A stretch of DNA of 64,000 nucleotides from Thalia democratica. Lineage: Eukaryota. The translations under genes were made by a program, and so were the position numbers. Shown here piece after piece: positions 33,401 through 43,456 of this stretch. Each line of letters begins with the position of its first letter. The first letter of the stretch is position 1. Where the stretch lies: NCBI GenBank assembly GCA_965202585.1, contig OZ241827.1, forward strand, positions 21,266,001-21,330,000, given 5' to 3'. The notes below the pieces were generated by a model. The model was not told where the DNA came from and did no database searches. It saw only the letters and a program-made list of their open reading frames with translations.

Positions 33401-35510
33401 TATTTTTTTTACTGTAAAATTAATAATAGTGTTAATTAATAAAAAAAGCTTATAAAAGAACAATTTATTTAAATACGTAACTACATACATTTATTAAACA
33501 CTGTTTTTACCATTTCTTGGTGCATAAGTTACATTACTAAAACATTTCATTTTGTTCAGAAATTATCTTACTTTTGAGAGGGTCATTTTGAATTTACTAG
33601 TAATGACATCATAAGTAAACCAACGTAGGAAATAGTTAATAGAACACTTCGCGCTTAAGATAAAGTTTGGTCAGATATTCTATAAAAATTTCAGACTAAT
33701 CCGTCAAAACGTCCTAATTTTGTTTCAGACTTCAATAGCAATAGAGATGATGTCATTTGCGAAACGTATTTAAATTTAGAAACAATTTCGTACACGAATA
33801 AAACAATAGACGCTACACAACTTTTAATACTGACTTAATGTTCGGTATAATGTAAATATCAAACTAAACAACAAAGTTTAAAAATTGACGTAAACCAACA
33901 ATACAAACATGTATTTGGAGTTGTAACTAATTAAGCACGACAAGAAAAAGCTGATAAGCAATCGAAACAAAACTTTAAGTGAACCTAAAACAATCGGTCG
34001 TTTGTGCTTGCAATAATCCAATTAAGCGCGTGGATTTTTCTTAATTGCCCAATCACCTGCTCGGAATTTGTCACCAAACCAAATGTAAGCTTAGGAAAAA
34101 TGGAAGCTGCTAATCTTGTTACCTGCAGCATCATGACGTAACGATCTGTTTTCAACTTGTGAGGGCCGGATGTTATTGTTAAGGTGTGGAAAATATCAGC
34201 AACTTTGTTCCATTTCCTCACCGACGACATCAAACAGAAGCTTTGGTGAAAAGTTTTCCCAATGATTGTATGAAAAATTAAGAAGTCTAGCTTCTTTTTT
34301 ATGTTGTTAAGCTACAAGCGTTGCTTCAAACGTGTTTTAATAATTTACAGAAAAAAAAAACAGCATAATGTGTTTTGAGAATTTTTTAAGAAATTTCCTC
34401 AAATTGTTTTGCGTTTAGACCACCATATAAGTTTTGGTGCCTTTTTGTCGCAGTGTGACTATGTTTTTCTAATGACAATCAAGAACCACAGGCATAATTA
34501 CATATTTTTGTTACAAATGATAGTTATCTGAAATTTAATTGAATTTACACACGAGATGAATTTTGAATGTGTTTAATTTATTGTGGTTTTTTGAAGAAAA
34601 AAGAACTAAATCAAATGAAAACACACATTAGATAGTAAATCGTAAAAACTTTAAACTATTTATTTTGATATATGAGTTTTTAACCTAGCTTGACCTTAAG
34701 ACAAATTCCTGGTTTTCAACTCGAAAAGGTATTTAAAGTTTTAAAAATTACATGGTTTATACTGAAATGTTTATATGTATAAAATATCGAACGGAAATAA
34801 TATAACTGTTTAAGTAATAAAAATATCTAAAATAAATGTTAATCTGCTTAAGTAAATCTTAATAGTTTTATAAAAATGTATAAAATTATTTAAATTTTGC
34901 ATGAAGTGATAGGTATCAGTTGAAAGACAAAAAATCTCTTGTTCAAACACGAAAAAATAAGTAAGTTAAAAATATACTTTAAACTTTTGTTGCTTTTTTT
35001 AAACAGTAATATAACAGTTTGTAATTATGTTAAATACTTACAAATTTTCATCATGTTGATTGTTTTTCATTACATGACTTTTTAAGTTCTTCGTTTTAAC
35101 TTTTAAAACAAACAAGCTACTTTCAGTGATATTTAAAAGACAAAACAAGAAAAAAAAGCATTTTAGAACGATTTTGACAAAAACAAATGTAAAATGCACA
35201 TTGCAACTAACCAGACCGTTGCAAGTTGTCATGGCAACCGCCCCGTTGCCATGCGACACCAAGCGACCCTTGTAATGGCACTTCCACCCTTCGCCGTCGA
35301 TCATCCGGCTCCCGTCCTTTCCGGTCCGCTTCACGTAAAACCGAGGCGATATGAGCTGGTTGTTGGGCCGCAGGTCGAACAGGAAGGACTGGCCGAGACC
35401 CCGAACGCGGTAGTGGACCACTTCCAGGCCGTCCAGGCTTCTTTTGCGCCTCATCTTGGCGTCCGCGTTGAAGTTTTCGTCTGTTTCCACCGGCGTCACG
35501 ATTTCGAAGC
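12298..35510 (-). CDS. ADAMTS16/18: ADAMTS16/18-like secreted metalloprotease, 22 traced coding exons (N-terminal signal exon unresolved)
   Basis: Manual splicing gives one continuous frame across 22 GT-AG exons (3743 nt). Domain order is prodomain, catalytic HExxHxxGxxHD, disintegrin-like, TSR1, Cys-rich, spacer, 5 TSRs, PLAC. The 1+5 TSR plus PLAC layout and the PLAC wording (CxDxFxWCxLVP...CxHxxxGKxCCKxC) match the ADAMTS16/18 subfamily as I recall it. No database search was run. Confidence 0.93.
12690..12879 (+). repeat. GC-rich dispersed repeat in the last ADAMTS intron
   Basis: The 63-nt core 12777-12839 is 54/63 identical to 53022-53084, with weaker colinear similarity on both sides. 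Confidence 0.75.
13098..13242 (-). CDS. ADAMTS16/18: ADAMTS exon: TSR6 ([48 protein letters not shown])
   Basis: taacag|TGT acceptor, A|gtaagt donor. The coding frame differs from the ORF track entry 12996..13205. Confidence 0.94.
14161..14541 (-). CDS. ADAMTS16/18: ADAMTS exon: TSR5 plus Thr-rich linker ([16 protein letters not shown]...CPPL-T-rich-...SWITGNWQQ)
   Basis: ctgcag|TGC acceptor, CAG|gtaatg donor, 381 nt, phase 0-0. Confidence 0.93.
15904..16080 (-). CDS. ADAMTS16/18: ADAMTS exon: TSR4 ([16 protein letters not shown]...[13 protein letters not shown]...WQWNSWGQ)
   Basis: ttacag|TGT acceptor, CAA|gttggt donor, 177 nt. Confidence 0.94.
17346..17550 (-). CDS. ADAMTS16/18: ADAMTS exon: TSR3 ([25 protein letters not shown]...[12 protein letters not shown])
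   Basis: atccag|A acceptor, AAG|gttggt donor. Canonical TSR. Confidence 0.95.
17799..17949 (-). CDS. ADAMTS16/18: ADAMTS exon: TSR2 (GSQTLQVSC...[23 protein letters not shown])
   Basis: ttaaag|GA acceptor, AG|gtgaga donor. C....KP.....CNT..C pattern. Confidence 0.9.
19094..19262 (-). CDS. ADAMTS16/18: ADAMTS exon: spacer end and start of TSR2 ([14 protein letters not shown]...[16 protein letters not shown])
   Basis: aaacag|ATT acceptor, G|gtttta donor. NPGI.Y.Y and W....S.C..SCAGG motifs. Confidence 0.92.
19581..19722 (-). CDS. ADAMTS16/18: ADAMTS exon: spacer ([27 protein letters not shown]...[10 protein letters not shown])
   Basis: gaacag|A acceptor, GAG|gtactg donor. Y.LNG.W, FAG and GP...L..E motifs. 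Confidence 0.94.
20257..20371 (-). CDS. ADAMTS16/18: ADAMTS exon: spacer ([38 protein letters not shown])
   Basis: gcacag|GC acceptor, AA|gtaagc donor. YY.VV.IP.GAR.IEI.E motif. Confidence 0.93.
21616..21739 (-). CDS. ADAMTS16/18: ADAMTS exon: Cys-rich domain end ([27 protein letters not shown]...)
   Basis: ttacag|AAA acceptor, G|gtaagt donor. VGCD...S.A..DACGVC.GDNSTC motif. Confidence 0.95.
23242..23372 (-). CDS. ADAMTS16/18: ADAMTS exon: Cys-rich domain ([17 protein letters not shown]...VIDGTPC...ICIQGKCL)
   Basis: tttcag|GT acceptor, CTG|gtgggt donor. C.L.C.AEG.FF and V.DGTPC motifs. Confidence 0.95.
23642..23718 (+). repeat. Dispersed AT-rich repeat (pairs with 59583-59651)
   Basis: Exact shared blocks GTAAAAACGTGACT (14 nt) and GTAATTTACCATGAAATC (18 nt) in the same order. 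Confidence 0.65.
23832..23946 (-). CDS. ADAMTS16/18: ADAMTS exon: Cys-rich domain ([32 protein letters not shown]...)
   Basis: tttcag|GAC acceptor, G|gttggt donor. FR..QC and Y.W.PF motifs. Confidence 0.93.
24068..24277 (-). CDS. ADAMTS16/18: ADAMTS exon: central thrombospondin type 1 repeat, TSR1 (WCRRGECV...[39 protein letters not shown]...)
   Basis: caacag|TGG acceptor, CAG|gtaaaa donor, 210 nt. Canonical TSR1. Confidence 0.96.
24518..24613 (-). CDS. ADAMTS16/18: ADAMTS exon: disintegrin-like domain ([32 protein letters not shown])
   Basis: ttgtag|GAA acceptor, CTT|gttagt donor, 96 nt. C..LWC...CETK.MPAAEGT.CG motif. Absent from the ORF track. Confidence 0.94.
26756..26924 (-). CDS. ADAMTS16/18: ADAMTS exon: end of catalytic / disintegrin-like domain ([10 protein letters not shown]...[16 protein letters not shown]...)
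   Basis: cgtcag|G acceptor, CTG|gtcagt donor. PG..YSA.EQC..QFG motif. Confidence 0.93.
27137..27274 (-). CDS. ADAMTS16/18: ADAMTS exon: catalytic domain ([13 protein letters not shown]...IMSP...FTWSQCS...)
   Basis: ttgcag|T acceptor, AG|gtttgc donor. Completes HETGHSLGMRHD; Met-turn IMSP. Confidence 0.96.
27506..27611 (-). CDS. ADAMTS16/18: ADAMTS exon: catalytic domain ([35 protein letters not shown])
   Basis: cttcag|GT acceptor, AG|gttgat donor. Carries the first half of the zinc motif. Confidence 0.96.
28671..28830 (-). CDS. ADAMTS16/18: ADAMTS exon: catalytic domain ([19 protein letters not shown]...[13 protein letters not shown])
   Basis: ttgcag|GAG acceptor, G|gttggt donor. FCEWQ and DIC..KNKPC.TLG motifs. 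Confidence 0.95.
29076..29159 (-). CDS. ADAMTS16/18: ADAMTS exon: catalytic domain ([28 protein letters not shown])
   Basis: atttag|GTT acceptor, TCT|gtaagt donor, 84 nt, phase 0-0. Fills the expected V..LF.D.S..N.V.I....LL segment. AT-rich and absent from the ORF track. Confidence 0.92.
30174..30463 (-). CDS. ADAMTS16/18: ADAMTS exon: end of prodomain, furin site RFRR, start of catalytic domain (VETLVVAD...YILTIMNM)
   Basis: ccacag|AC acceptor, ATG|gtattt donor. The coding frame is not the one in the ORF track. RFRR at 30336-30347; VETLVVAD and YILTIMNM are ADAMTS hallmarks. Confidence 0.95.
32580..32781 (-). CDS. ADAMTS16/18: ADAMTS exon: prodomain ([15 protein letters not shown]...PHVIYK...LQYCGKGRR)
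   Basis: caacag|ACG acceptor, C|gtgagt donor. IEP, PHVIYK and cysteine-switch-like YCG motifs. Confidence 0.93.
35212..35510 (-). CDS. ADAMTS16/18: ADAMTS exon: prodomain start ([33 protein letters not shown]...[10 protein letters not shown])
   Basis: Acceptor cttgcag|GC (phase 1), donor CTG|gttagt. Typical M12B propeptide motifs: FEIVTP, RRKRS, FDLRPN, CHYKG, A.TTCNGL. Confidence 0.93.
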
Positions 35511-35756
35511 CTGCAAGCGGTTTTTGAAAATATTACTTTCAAACAAACGCATCAAAACGATTTTGTTTTGTAAGATGAATGTTCTTTTTAGGTTAACAGG
35601 TAACATATACAAATAATCATGTACTTTGACTAAGTAATTGTTTTTTCTATTAATAAGTAAATTTTCCAATTTTTAAGTTGATAATAAAGACTTTTGCAAA
35701 AAAAACCTTAAAAAAATATTTTGATGTCTATTAAAAAATTAAATCTATTTTCGGCC

Positions 35757-35945
35757 TTAAGCTTCCGAAAACACTTTCCGCCGGCCGACAGCGACGAACG
35801 AAAGCTTCCTCGGCGTTATTATGATGTCATAGTTCCAAATCGGCGCTGCAAACGGCCGATGGGAGGCGGCAGAGATCAATTGCAGCAGCGGTGAGGTATT
35901 GAGGCAAACGATAATAACAATGAAATTTCGAACAGATCGTTCCAT
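35757..35945 (-). CDS. Candidate signal-peptide-bearing first exon (MERSVRNFIVIIVCLNTSPLLQLISAAS...), splice junction unresolved
   Basis: GC-rich ORF 250 nt upstream of the prodomain exon, with a basic N-terminus then a hydrophobic stretch. It has no phase-1 GT donor before its stop, so it cannot be joined canonically to 35510. Confidence 0.3.
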   Translation of the reverse strand: MERSVRNFIVIIVCLNTSPLLQLISAASHRPFAAPIWNYDIIITPRKLSFVAVGRRKVFSEA

Positions 35946-37267
35946 CGGGAAACTTTTTCACGTGGTGCAAAAGCCTAACTTTACACAATTTTCATATCTG
36001 GCGTTGATGTTAGTTTCCGCAAAACGAGAACAGAAACGAGGTGCTCGGGGTTGCTTTTAATTAAAACAAGCGCCTTCAACAAGCCGCAACCGATAAGACA
36101 ACAATAAGTTTACGCGAAAGTGGGCCTGACAATGTGCTAATCTTTTCCATCTTTATTGTTTTAATTTCCCTTGAACAATTCTAACAATTAAGTGGCTTGA
36201 GAAGTTTAAGCAAGCAACTATGTGAGTGAGATTTATAATAATTTTCCTTTGTTATTAACGATTTACTAGCATTGGTAGAGATTATATAAGTTAAAGAAAC
36301 ACATAGATTTATAATGAATTTAAAACAAAGTTAGTCTTTAAATTATTTAAGAAACTTGTGTTTGATTATTTTTTTTTTCAAAAACATATCAAAACCAATA
36401 ACATATGTTCAAAAAAAAACTAATTAAATTTTGTTTAAATTATAATAAAAATTATTTAAAAAAGGTAAGTATAGTTTAGATAAAACTTTTTTTTAGCTTA
36501 TGTGTCCATGTATTTAGTTTTGACGTATATAGTATAAAGCAATAAAGTAATTAAAATATCTAAACCTTTATAATAGTAAAAAATTATAAACCTTCAAAAT
36601 GTTTATGTGTAGTTTGTTGAAGCTTTTTATGCAAACTTTGATGGTGTTTTTTATAATGTGTTGGCCATGATTGCGTTTCATCCTAATAATGAAATAAGTT
36701 TAAAGTAAAAAAAAAGCAGTCTTCAATGTTTTGTATACAACTATATACATTTTAGTCTACTACACATCAGTAAAGAAGTAACTTTGAGTAAACAGAAAAC
36801 AACGAAAGTTTAATACTTTTAATATTTTATTTTCAAAAAGAAACATACTGTTTAATATAAAAAGCCCTCGTAAAAAACCTAACTGAACAATTCATACTAA
36901 CCTGTAGTGATCTGCATATAAAAAACAAAGATGTAAAAACTTGAAGAAGTGTAGATTTTGAAAAGTTCATGTTCAGTTTGAAAAAGCTATCATATCACGA
37001 AAAGTGTTTGTTAAGCACAACTGTTGCTTTGACAAAGTAAAACTCAGTTTGGTACGTTTGAAAAATAAAAAAGCTGCAGCTGTAGTTCAATGCTGTTTGA
37101 ATGAAATCTGAAAATTTATTGTGTTGCTCGCGTAAGTATGTTCTTCTTGAAATTGAAAACTTGTTTTGCCGATATTAAAGCACGGACGCAGTCGGTTTTT
37201 CTACCATTCTCTCAAATTGGCCTCTCTCGTTTTTCACGTCTTTTTCTGAAAAAACTTACCGACTTAC

Positions 37268-37326
37268 TTTTCTTTTCAAAGCTCTCGCAGTTGAATGTGG
37301 CAGGCTGATGTCTTGCCATAATGACC
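37268..37326 (-). other. Candidate upstream (5'UTR or alternative coding) exon
   Basis: tttttgtaag|GGTC acceptor and two tandem GTAAGT donors (introns starting at 37267 and 37259). The first donor gives phase 1 in the frame MARHQPATFNCESFEKK, which is compatible with 35510. Confidence 0.4.
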
Positions 37327-40300
37327 CTTACAAAAACGCGAACATTGACAAAAAATTTTAAAATCTAAATAGTCTACCCAAAATATTTAGCTAGCTGTCA
37401 TACGTTTACCATTATAAAAAATTATAAGATAAAAAAAATCAAACAGCTTTTTATATTGTTTGTTTTGTATAAATCGAACGTTTAATAATCTTAGTAAACG
37501 GATTACATTTAAAGTTGCCTATGTCCGATTTTTTTTTCAAATAATTTCTAAAAATACTACAAATAATACTACAACAGTAAACTAATTTCTTTAACTTTCT
37601 TTATAAATATTTTAATGTGTTTAATAAAAACCAAAGTATGTGTTGTTTTAAAACAGCCATAATTTTTTTTTAACACGTTTTAAAGAATAACTATGTACAC
37701 AATTGTTAATTGGAAGTGTAAACAAGAGTGGATATACTTAACACAACAATTATCACTGACATGATACTTTATTTTCACTTAAGTAAATGACGTATTACTG
37801 ATAGTGTCCACTTAATATCAAATGTACATACTTTTTATCTCCTTTACATGATATCTATATACTATAATGAAATGATAACTTTTGACAAATTCAAAAGTTG
37901 TTTATCTATTTGTTTTATTTAATTTTGACAGCTAGTATCTATTAGACTTTTAATAAATTACTTTTAAAACACGAAAGCAAAACCACAGATTTGAAAACTT
38001 CGACAATAATATGAAACTGTTTAGTTTTTATCGTTTAGTTTTTTTTTATAGATTACTAGTTCATTTTAACAAAACTAGGTTAAAACTGTTGTAGTTTTAA
38101 ACTAAAGATTAAACTTAGAAACAATAGTAATTTAATATGGTTGTATAAATAAAACACATTATAAAGAAGTATGATATTATTTAATTTAAATTTTTAGAAC
38201 TATAGCTTGTTAAGACTGTTCTACTAGCGTTTTTTTTGTTTAGCTTATAATTGTTTTAAACAAACTAGGTATCTCTTGTACCAATAATATTTGTTTAGGT
38301 ATTGAACTATACCTAAATACGTTAATACATCTTGAGAATAAGTACTAATAGAATTTATAAAATTGAAATTATCAAGCATGACTTTTTAGAAATTTCTGAA
38401 ATTTTTTACTTTCTTTTATTAGTTTTTGTTTTATAAAATGTTTTTTTTTATGGGTTAGACTGCAAAACAAAAGAGTTTAAACGTTTAAAAAAACCTAAAA
38501 ATCTTATCATTTTATAAAACTTAAAATGCGGAAAAGAACTTGAGTTTTAAAACATTCTTTTAGCAAAATATTAAAGGACTTATCCAAGTCATTCATCAGC
38601 GTCATCTAATTTTTCATTAGCAAAAGATTACTGATTATTGAGAAAACATATACAACAAAGTTTTTCTCAGAAAAATAAAACGTATTACCATATAATACAA
38701 TTTAAAAAAAGTGTAATTCAATTCAAACTTTGTACATTTAAGTCAAAAATTTTATAAAAAGTGAGTCATACTTTAATTTAATATATGCATGAGCTAATGT
38801 TTGCAAAAAAAGCTTGATGTTTTAAATTGTCAATTTTTAATTTTATTTTTTATATTTATAATATTACTCGTTTTTCTAAAAATAAATAAGTCAGTCTTTG
38901 TGTTTTTAGGGATTTTAAATTTACAGACATTTTGAAATAAAAATAGATTGTTTCAGACTGAAAGCGACAAGTTTATTTATTCAGGGTTTACTATAAAAAT
39001 GATATATTCGTTTTATTTGCTAAACCAAATCGTTTTTCGTGCTTTTGTATGGTTGATAAATTTAACTGTGTATTGGCTTTTTAATTCGATATTAAGCTTA
39101 TTAAACACGAGCTTTAATGCAAGTTACTTAAGCGGTTTTTTTGTTGTGAATACGAGATTTAGATGGTTCCAAGATAACTTTTGCACACTTTTCGTTTCTA
39201 AAACCAACACAAACATTTTTATGTCACATTTTTTTCCTTTAAACTTCATGGTATATCTTTAAGCATTAAAGACAAGTATTAAAGCTACGCGTTATTTATG
39301 ATACAGTATAAATCTTTATTTATGAATAAAAAATAAACTAATGACTGTTGCATGACATATACTCACAGGTCGTTTTTCTAAATAAACTATGTAAAAGCTT
39401 TAATCTATTATACAAAATCATCACTAAACTAATGAAAAAAAGTTTATAATAAAAACTAAGTTTAAAAAATCAAATACAATTTACTTATTTACAAAGCTTT
39501 CAAACTTAATTATATATTGAAAAGAATTTTCTCACTGCAAGCCAAAAGTTGACTCCCAAAAAATTCTATAATAAAAAACACATAGTTTGTTTTTTGCCAA
39601 AAATCTATAAAAATATTTAACTCCTACTGCATACAGTAAGCAAATATTTGTTTTTATCTTCAAAAAAATTATCAATAAAAAGTATTTTATCTTTAAGTAC
39701 AAACAATTTCTACATCAGCCTTTTTTATTGCCATGGAAACACTATAACAAAACATAAAAAAGATAATTTAGCTTCAATTTCTTAATTTTTTTTTTATAAG
39801 CATGCCTATGTGTAGTTATTGACTAACGGATCCGCAATCAATATTTCTAAATCTATTAGTTTATTGTAAAATACCAATTTTATCTTCAATTCAACGCTTA
39901 AACTTTGAATTTGAACTAAGGCAAAGTCAACAAGACTTTAAATTTTGGGAGTCTGAAATGTAACCAATAAAGCAAACGCGTTGAAGTCGTTTTTATTAGC
40001 GCCAACAAAACTCGAGTACGGATTGTTTTCTCAAAACGACACTCACACACCAAATTCAATTTTTTTTTATCGCATTTTACATGGCAGTCGCTGCACTTGA
40101 ACTCGCTAGGCTCACTTTAGTGGTTGCAATCAAATCATGTGCAAGTTTTATTATATTGACTTGCAAAACGTATTTTAGTTGAAAATCCAAGGGTGTATAA
40201 CAAAAAAAAGTTTTTACTTAAATATCATTATCACAAAAAAGTTTCAGATACTTTTAATTACTATTAAAGTTTAGAATGTTAAGTTATTCTTAATAATTTT

Positions 40301-40458
40301 TAATATTAATAACAAAGTGTTGTTTACAACCAAGTGCTAACACATGTGTCGCCACGTGATTTCGAGGGCTATCAATGGAAAGGCAATTCATCACCAGAAA
40401 AAAATAAAACTACAAAGAACTTGCACTTGAATGAAAATAAAACGCGCTTCCGACTTAC

Positions 40459-40505
40459 CGCTGTTTTCGCAACAAGGTTAATGTTTTCTTCGTTGTACAA
40501 ACAAC
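40459..40505 (-). other. Candidate upstream 47-nt exon
   Basis: atgtttgcag|GTT acceptor and CG|gtaagt donor, both near consensus. The VVCTTKKTLTLLRKQR frame is open and joins in phase to 37326. Confidence 0.35.
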
Positions 40506-43342
40506 CTGCAAACATAATAGCTGTTTGCCTTTTGCTGGTCACGAGGAAAGGTGATTTAGTGTTCTCATTTGTAAACATTAACGGTAAATAGAAATTAAGC
40601 TGCAGCAAACTTAATATGCGGGCAAGTTTAGGGGCCGTGAGAAAAACAGGCTGCAGTGTTTATTTTATTGTTTGAAATGCGTTTTAACAACGGCTACAAC
40701 AACAACAACCAGCTTAACCTTAAAAGTGAACTCTCATCTTTTTATGTGTATTCTGTTGAAAACAAAACCTACTGTTTTTTGTTATCGAGCATTAAATTGA
40801 GCACTGATATCACAATCAATTTATGAAACTTCGTTAATTGTGTTTGTAGCCATTTGAAGTTAATTATTATTAGTTATTTTCAATAGGTGCTTTTTAAATA
40901 TAGTAAAAAGTTAAAAATAAATTTTTTTTGTTTACTTTTATTTGAATTGTATTTGGTGATAAATTTTGGTTGATTATTTTAAAAATTAAATTAAGTAATA
41001 CGGTTTTGTTAAAATTACCTATCTATGACCAAAGCTTTAAAATATTCAAATTCAAACATTCTGTCAAAACAAAATAAAAGCATCACTAAAAAAACAATTG
41101 ACCACCAACGAAGATAGAAATCCTGAAATGTATTAAATACAAAGTGTTTGTGAAAGACATTACGTCTCAGCCATTGAAAATGTCAGAAACAATGCTGTTT
41201 TTTATATTTTTTATATACTTTAGCACTTAAACAACTAAATATTTCTCAAAAAATTTGAATGTAATAAAAAGTTTTGAATGTAAAAAAGTGGAATACTAAA
41301 TAAAACAATCATTCACATTTCAGTACAAAAAACTGGAAGTTTTTTTTAAAAACTAAAATACTATTACCTATTTTGGAAAAAAAATCTTTAAAATAGATGT
41401 TTTTGCTAAACTATGCGCAATTATACGAAGCAGAACATGTGAAATTAAATTTAATTTACAATGAAAAAACACGGCAGGAGACAAAATTTAATAGAAACTA
41501 CGTAATTTAATAAAACAACTAAAGATAGAAATCTACGGTTTCTAATGCTGTTAAAAACTGAAAACGGTACGCACAAAATGCTATTTATGAACATGAAGCA
41601 CTTGGTTTACGTGTTGAAATGTAATTTCATTATCTTCAGAAGTAAAAGGGATTAGCATGTCGTATATTATGAGATGATAAAAGTTTCCGAAATTAGCAAG
41701 GATAAATAAAAACTACAGCTGTAAGAGCGAAATCAGACAGCTGCTTTTAAAACTGTATGTTATCAAAAGTTGTTATTGGAAATATATGTAGAGTTTTAAT
41801 TTTAAAAGTAGTATTTTATAGTTGTTTACTTATTTATTACTTTGTAAACTTTCTTCTAAAGAAAGCTTTTATTTTTTTATTTTTGGGTGCACATTTAAGG
41901 TGCATAAATACTTTCAGTTATCTTTTAGTTCTCTAAAGAGAATATTTAGAAAACGTTTGTTTTTTGTTTTTTTGATGTAAACTATTTATGTAACAGTTAC
42001 TAGAACATAAAGGTTGAGAACGGTTTCTTTTATAATAAAATAAAACCAATGTACTCATTTATCAACAAGTATATAAGACCGATTGAACTTTATAGTTTGC
42101 TTTGCAGTTGAACTTTAGTTGTAAAAAGAAAATGTTAATATAATAAGAACATAAAATCATTGTTTAGTAGCAAATATACTTACAGCAAAATCTTTTGTGA
42201 TTTTGTTTCTTTGTTTAAGGATTAAGGTGTAATCTTGATTGCAAAACCAATGTATATTTGATTAATATTAATCCATTTTACTAAATTTTTTTCACTAAAC
42301 AATTAACTTATTATACTTGAATTTTTTACAACTTAGAAATCAAATTTTATCTAGCGTAAATCTTTACACAAATTTACTTTAAGTATTTTTAGAAAATTCC
42401 GTTTATTTAGTAAAGTCTAAAATTGATCATTTACTATTAAGTAATCATTTAGTGTATGTTTTCATTTACAACCATTGTTTTAAATAAAATTTACAACTTT
42501 TAATTATTGAAAAGGATATGAAAAAAAAAACATTTATTAGTTGGTAAACAAACAGTTTTAAATTCAGTTACTGTCTGTACTAGACTTTGTTTATTAGTCT
42601 TGCAAACAATTTAACTAAGCTCTTTTTTATGATCTGCAAAATTTAAAAACTGAGTACAAAATTGATAAACGACAGTTAAAATTTTTCAAAAATAAGATCA
42701 CAAAAATACGTCACAAGTAATGTTTATTGCAAGTAATGATTATTTTAAATGTTTGGCAAATTAAATTCTTCTTAATAAAAACAAGGTTGAGAGTAATAGT
42801 AGCAAAATAATAGCCATTGGTCATATTCTCTACTCTAAAGTACTTTAAATTGGTAAGCACTACAAATATTTTTAAGTACGTTATCAAATATTTCTTTTTT
42901 ATGCAATAAGGTTTTTTAAACAATTTAAAACTATTTTTTATCATAATGTAGCATTTAAGATATAAAGCGCTTTAGTTTTTATATACTACTGAACTCGTAT
43001 TTTGTTCGTATAAAACTAGAGTTTAAAAAAAGGAAAATTGTATTAATCTAAACTAGGGTTACCCTAAGTAAGCAATGTCGTCAATTTCGGTTATCAGGGA
43101 CCTTAGCTAGTAAGAGGTGAAATTGTGATTTGTCAAGTACTTATCTAAGGGGCGATGTTATATGAAGGCTAGGTGATTACTCTTTAATTCTTTCCAAGTG
43201 GGCGATTATGAAAATAATTTTAGAAAACATGGTCCAAACTTTATTTAACTTCTGTTTTAAATATGCTGTTATTTTACCTAAAACAACTAAAAGCAAATAT
43301 CAATGTTACATCGTTAATAGAAAAAATATTTACATCCACTTT

Positions 43343-43456
43343 GTCCTCGACAAGACTTTAAAAGGCATCTTTAGTGCCACTCGATAACCGAAGGTTCTTC
43401 GTGCACCAGGTTCTAAGATCAAGTACTTTGAGCAATTTTCTTTTTGGCGTTCAATA
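43343..43456 (+). repeat. Dispersed ~115-bp repeat, SINE-like (copy 3, more diverged)
   Basis: GTCCTCGACAAGAC...ACTCGATAACCGAAGGTTCTTCGTGCACCAGGTTCTAAGA...TTTGAGC, colinear with copy 2. Confidence 0.65.

Noticed and set aside
34123-34155. Possible 33-nt in-frame cassette exon ([11 protein letters not shown]) with a CAG|GTAAC donor
   Set aside because: The acceptor lacks a pyrimidine tract, and the flanking exons already join into the conserved CNGL-TGL sequence.
14177-35616. Plus-strand and alternative-frame ORFs over the exons (14177-14467, 14273-14542, 17277-17558, 17335-17526, 26711-26944, 30199-30486, 30225-30527, 30179-30799, 35194-35616, 35207-35542)
   Set aside because: These are shadow frames: GC3-rich exons lack stop codons in other frames. 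They end where the exon meets AT-rich intron and carry no domain motifs.
41880-42025. Possible hAT right end (GGGTGCAC...AAGGTTGAGAAC)
   Set aside because: Too degenerate; no left TIR or TSD could be paired with it.
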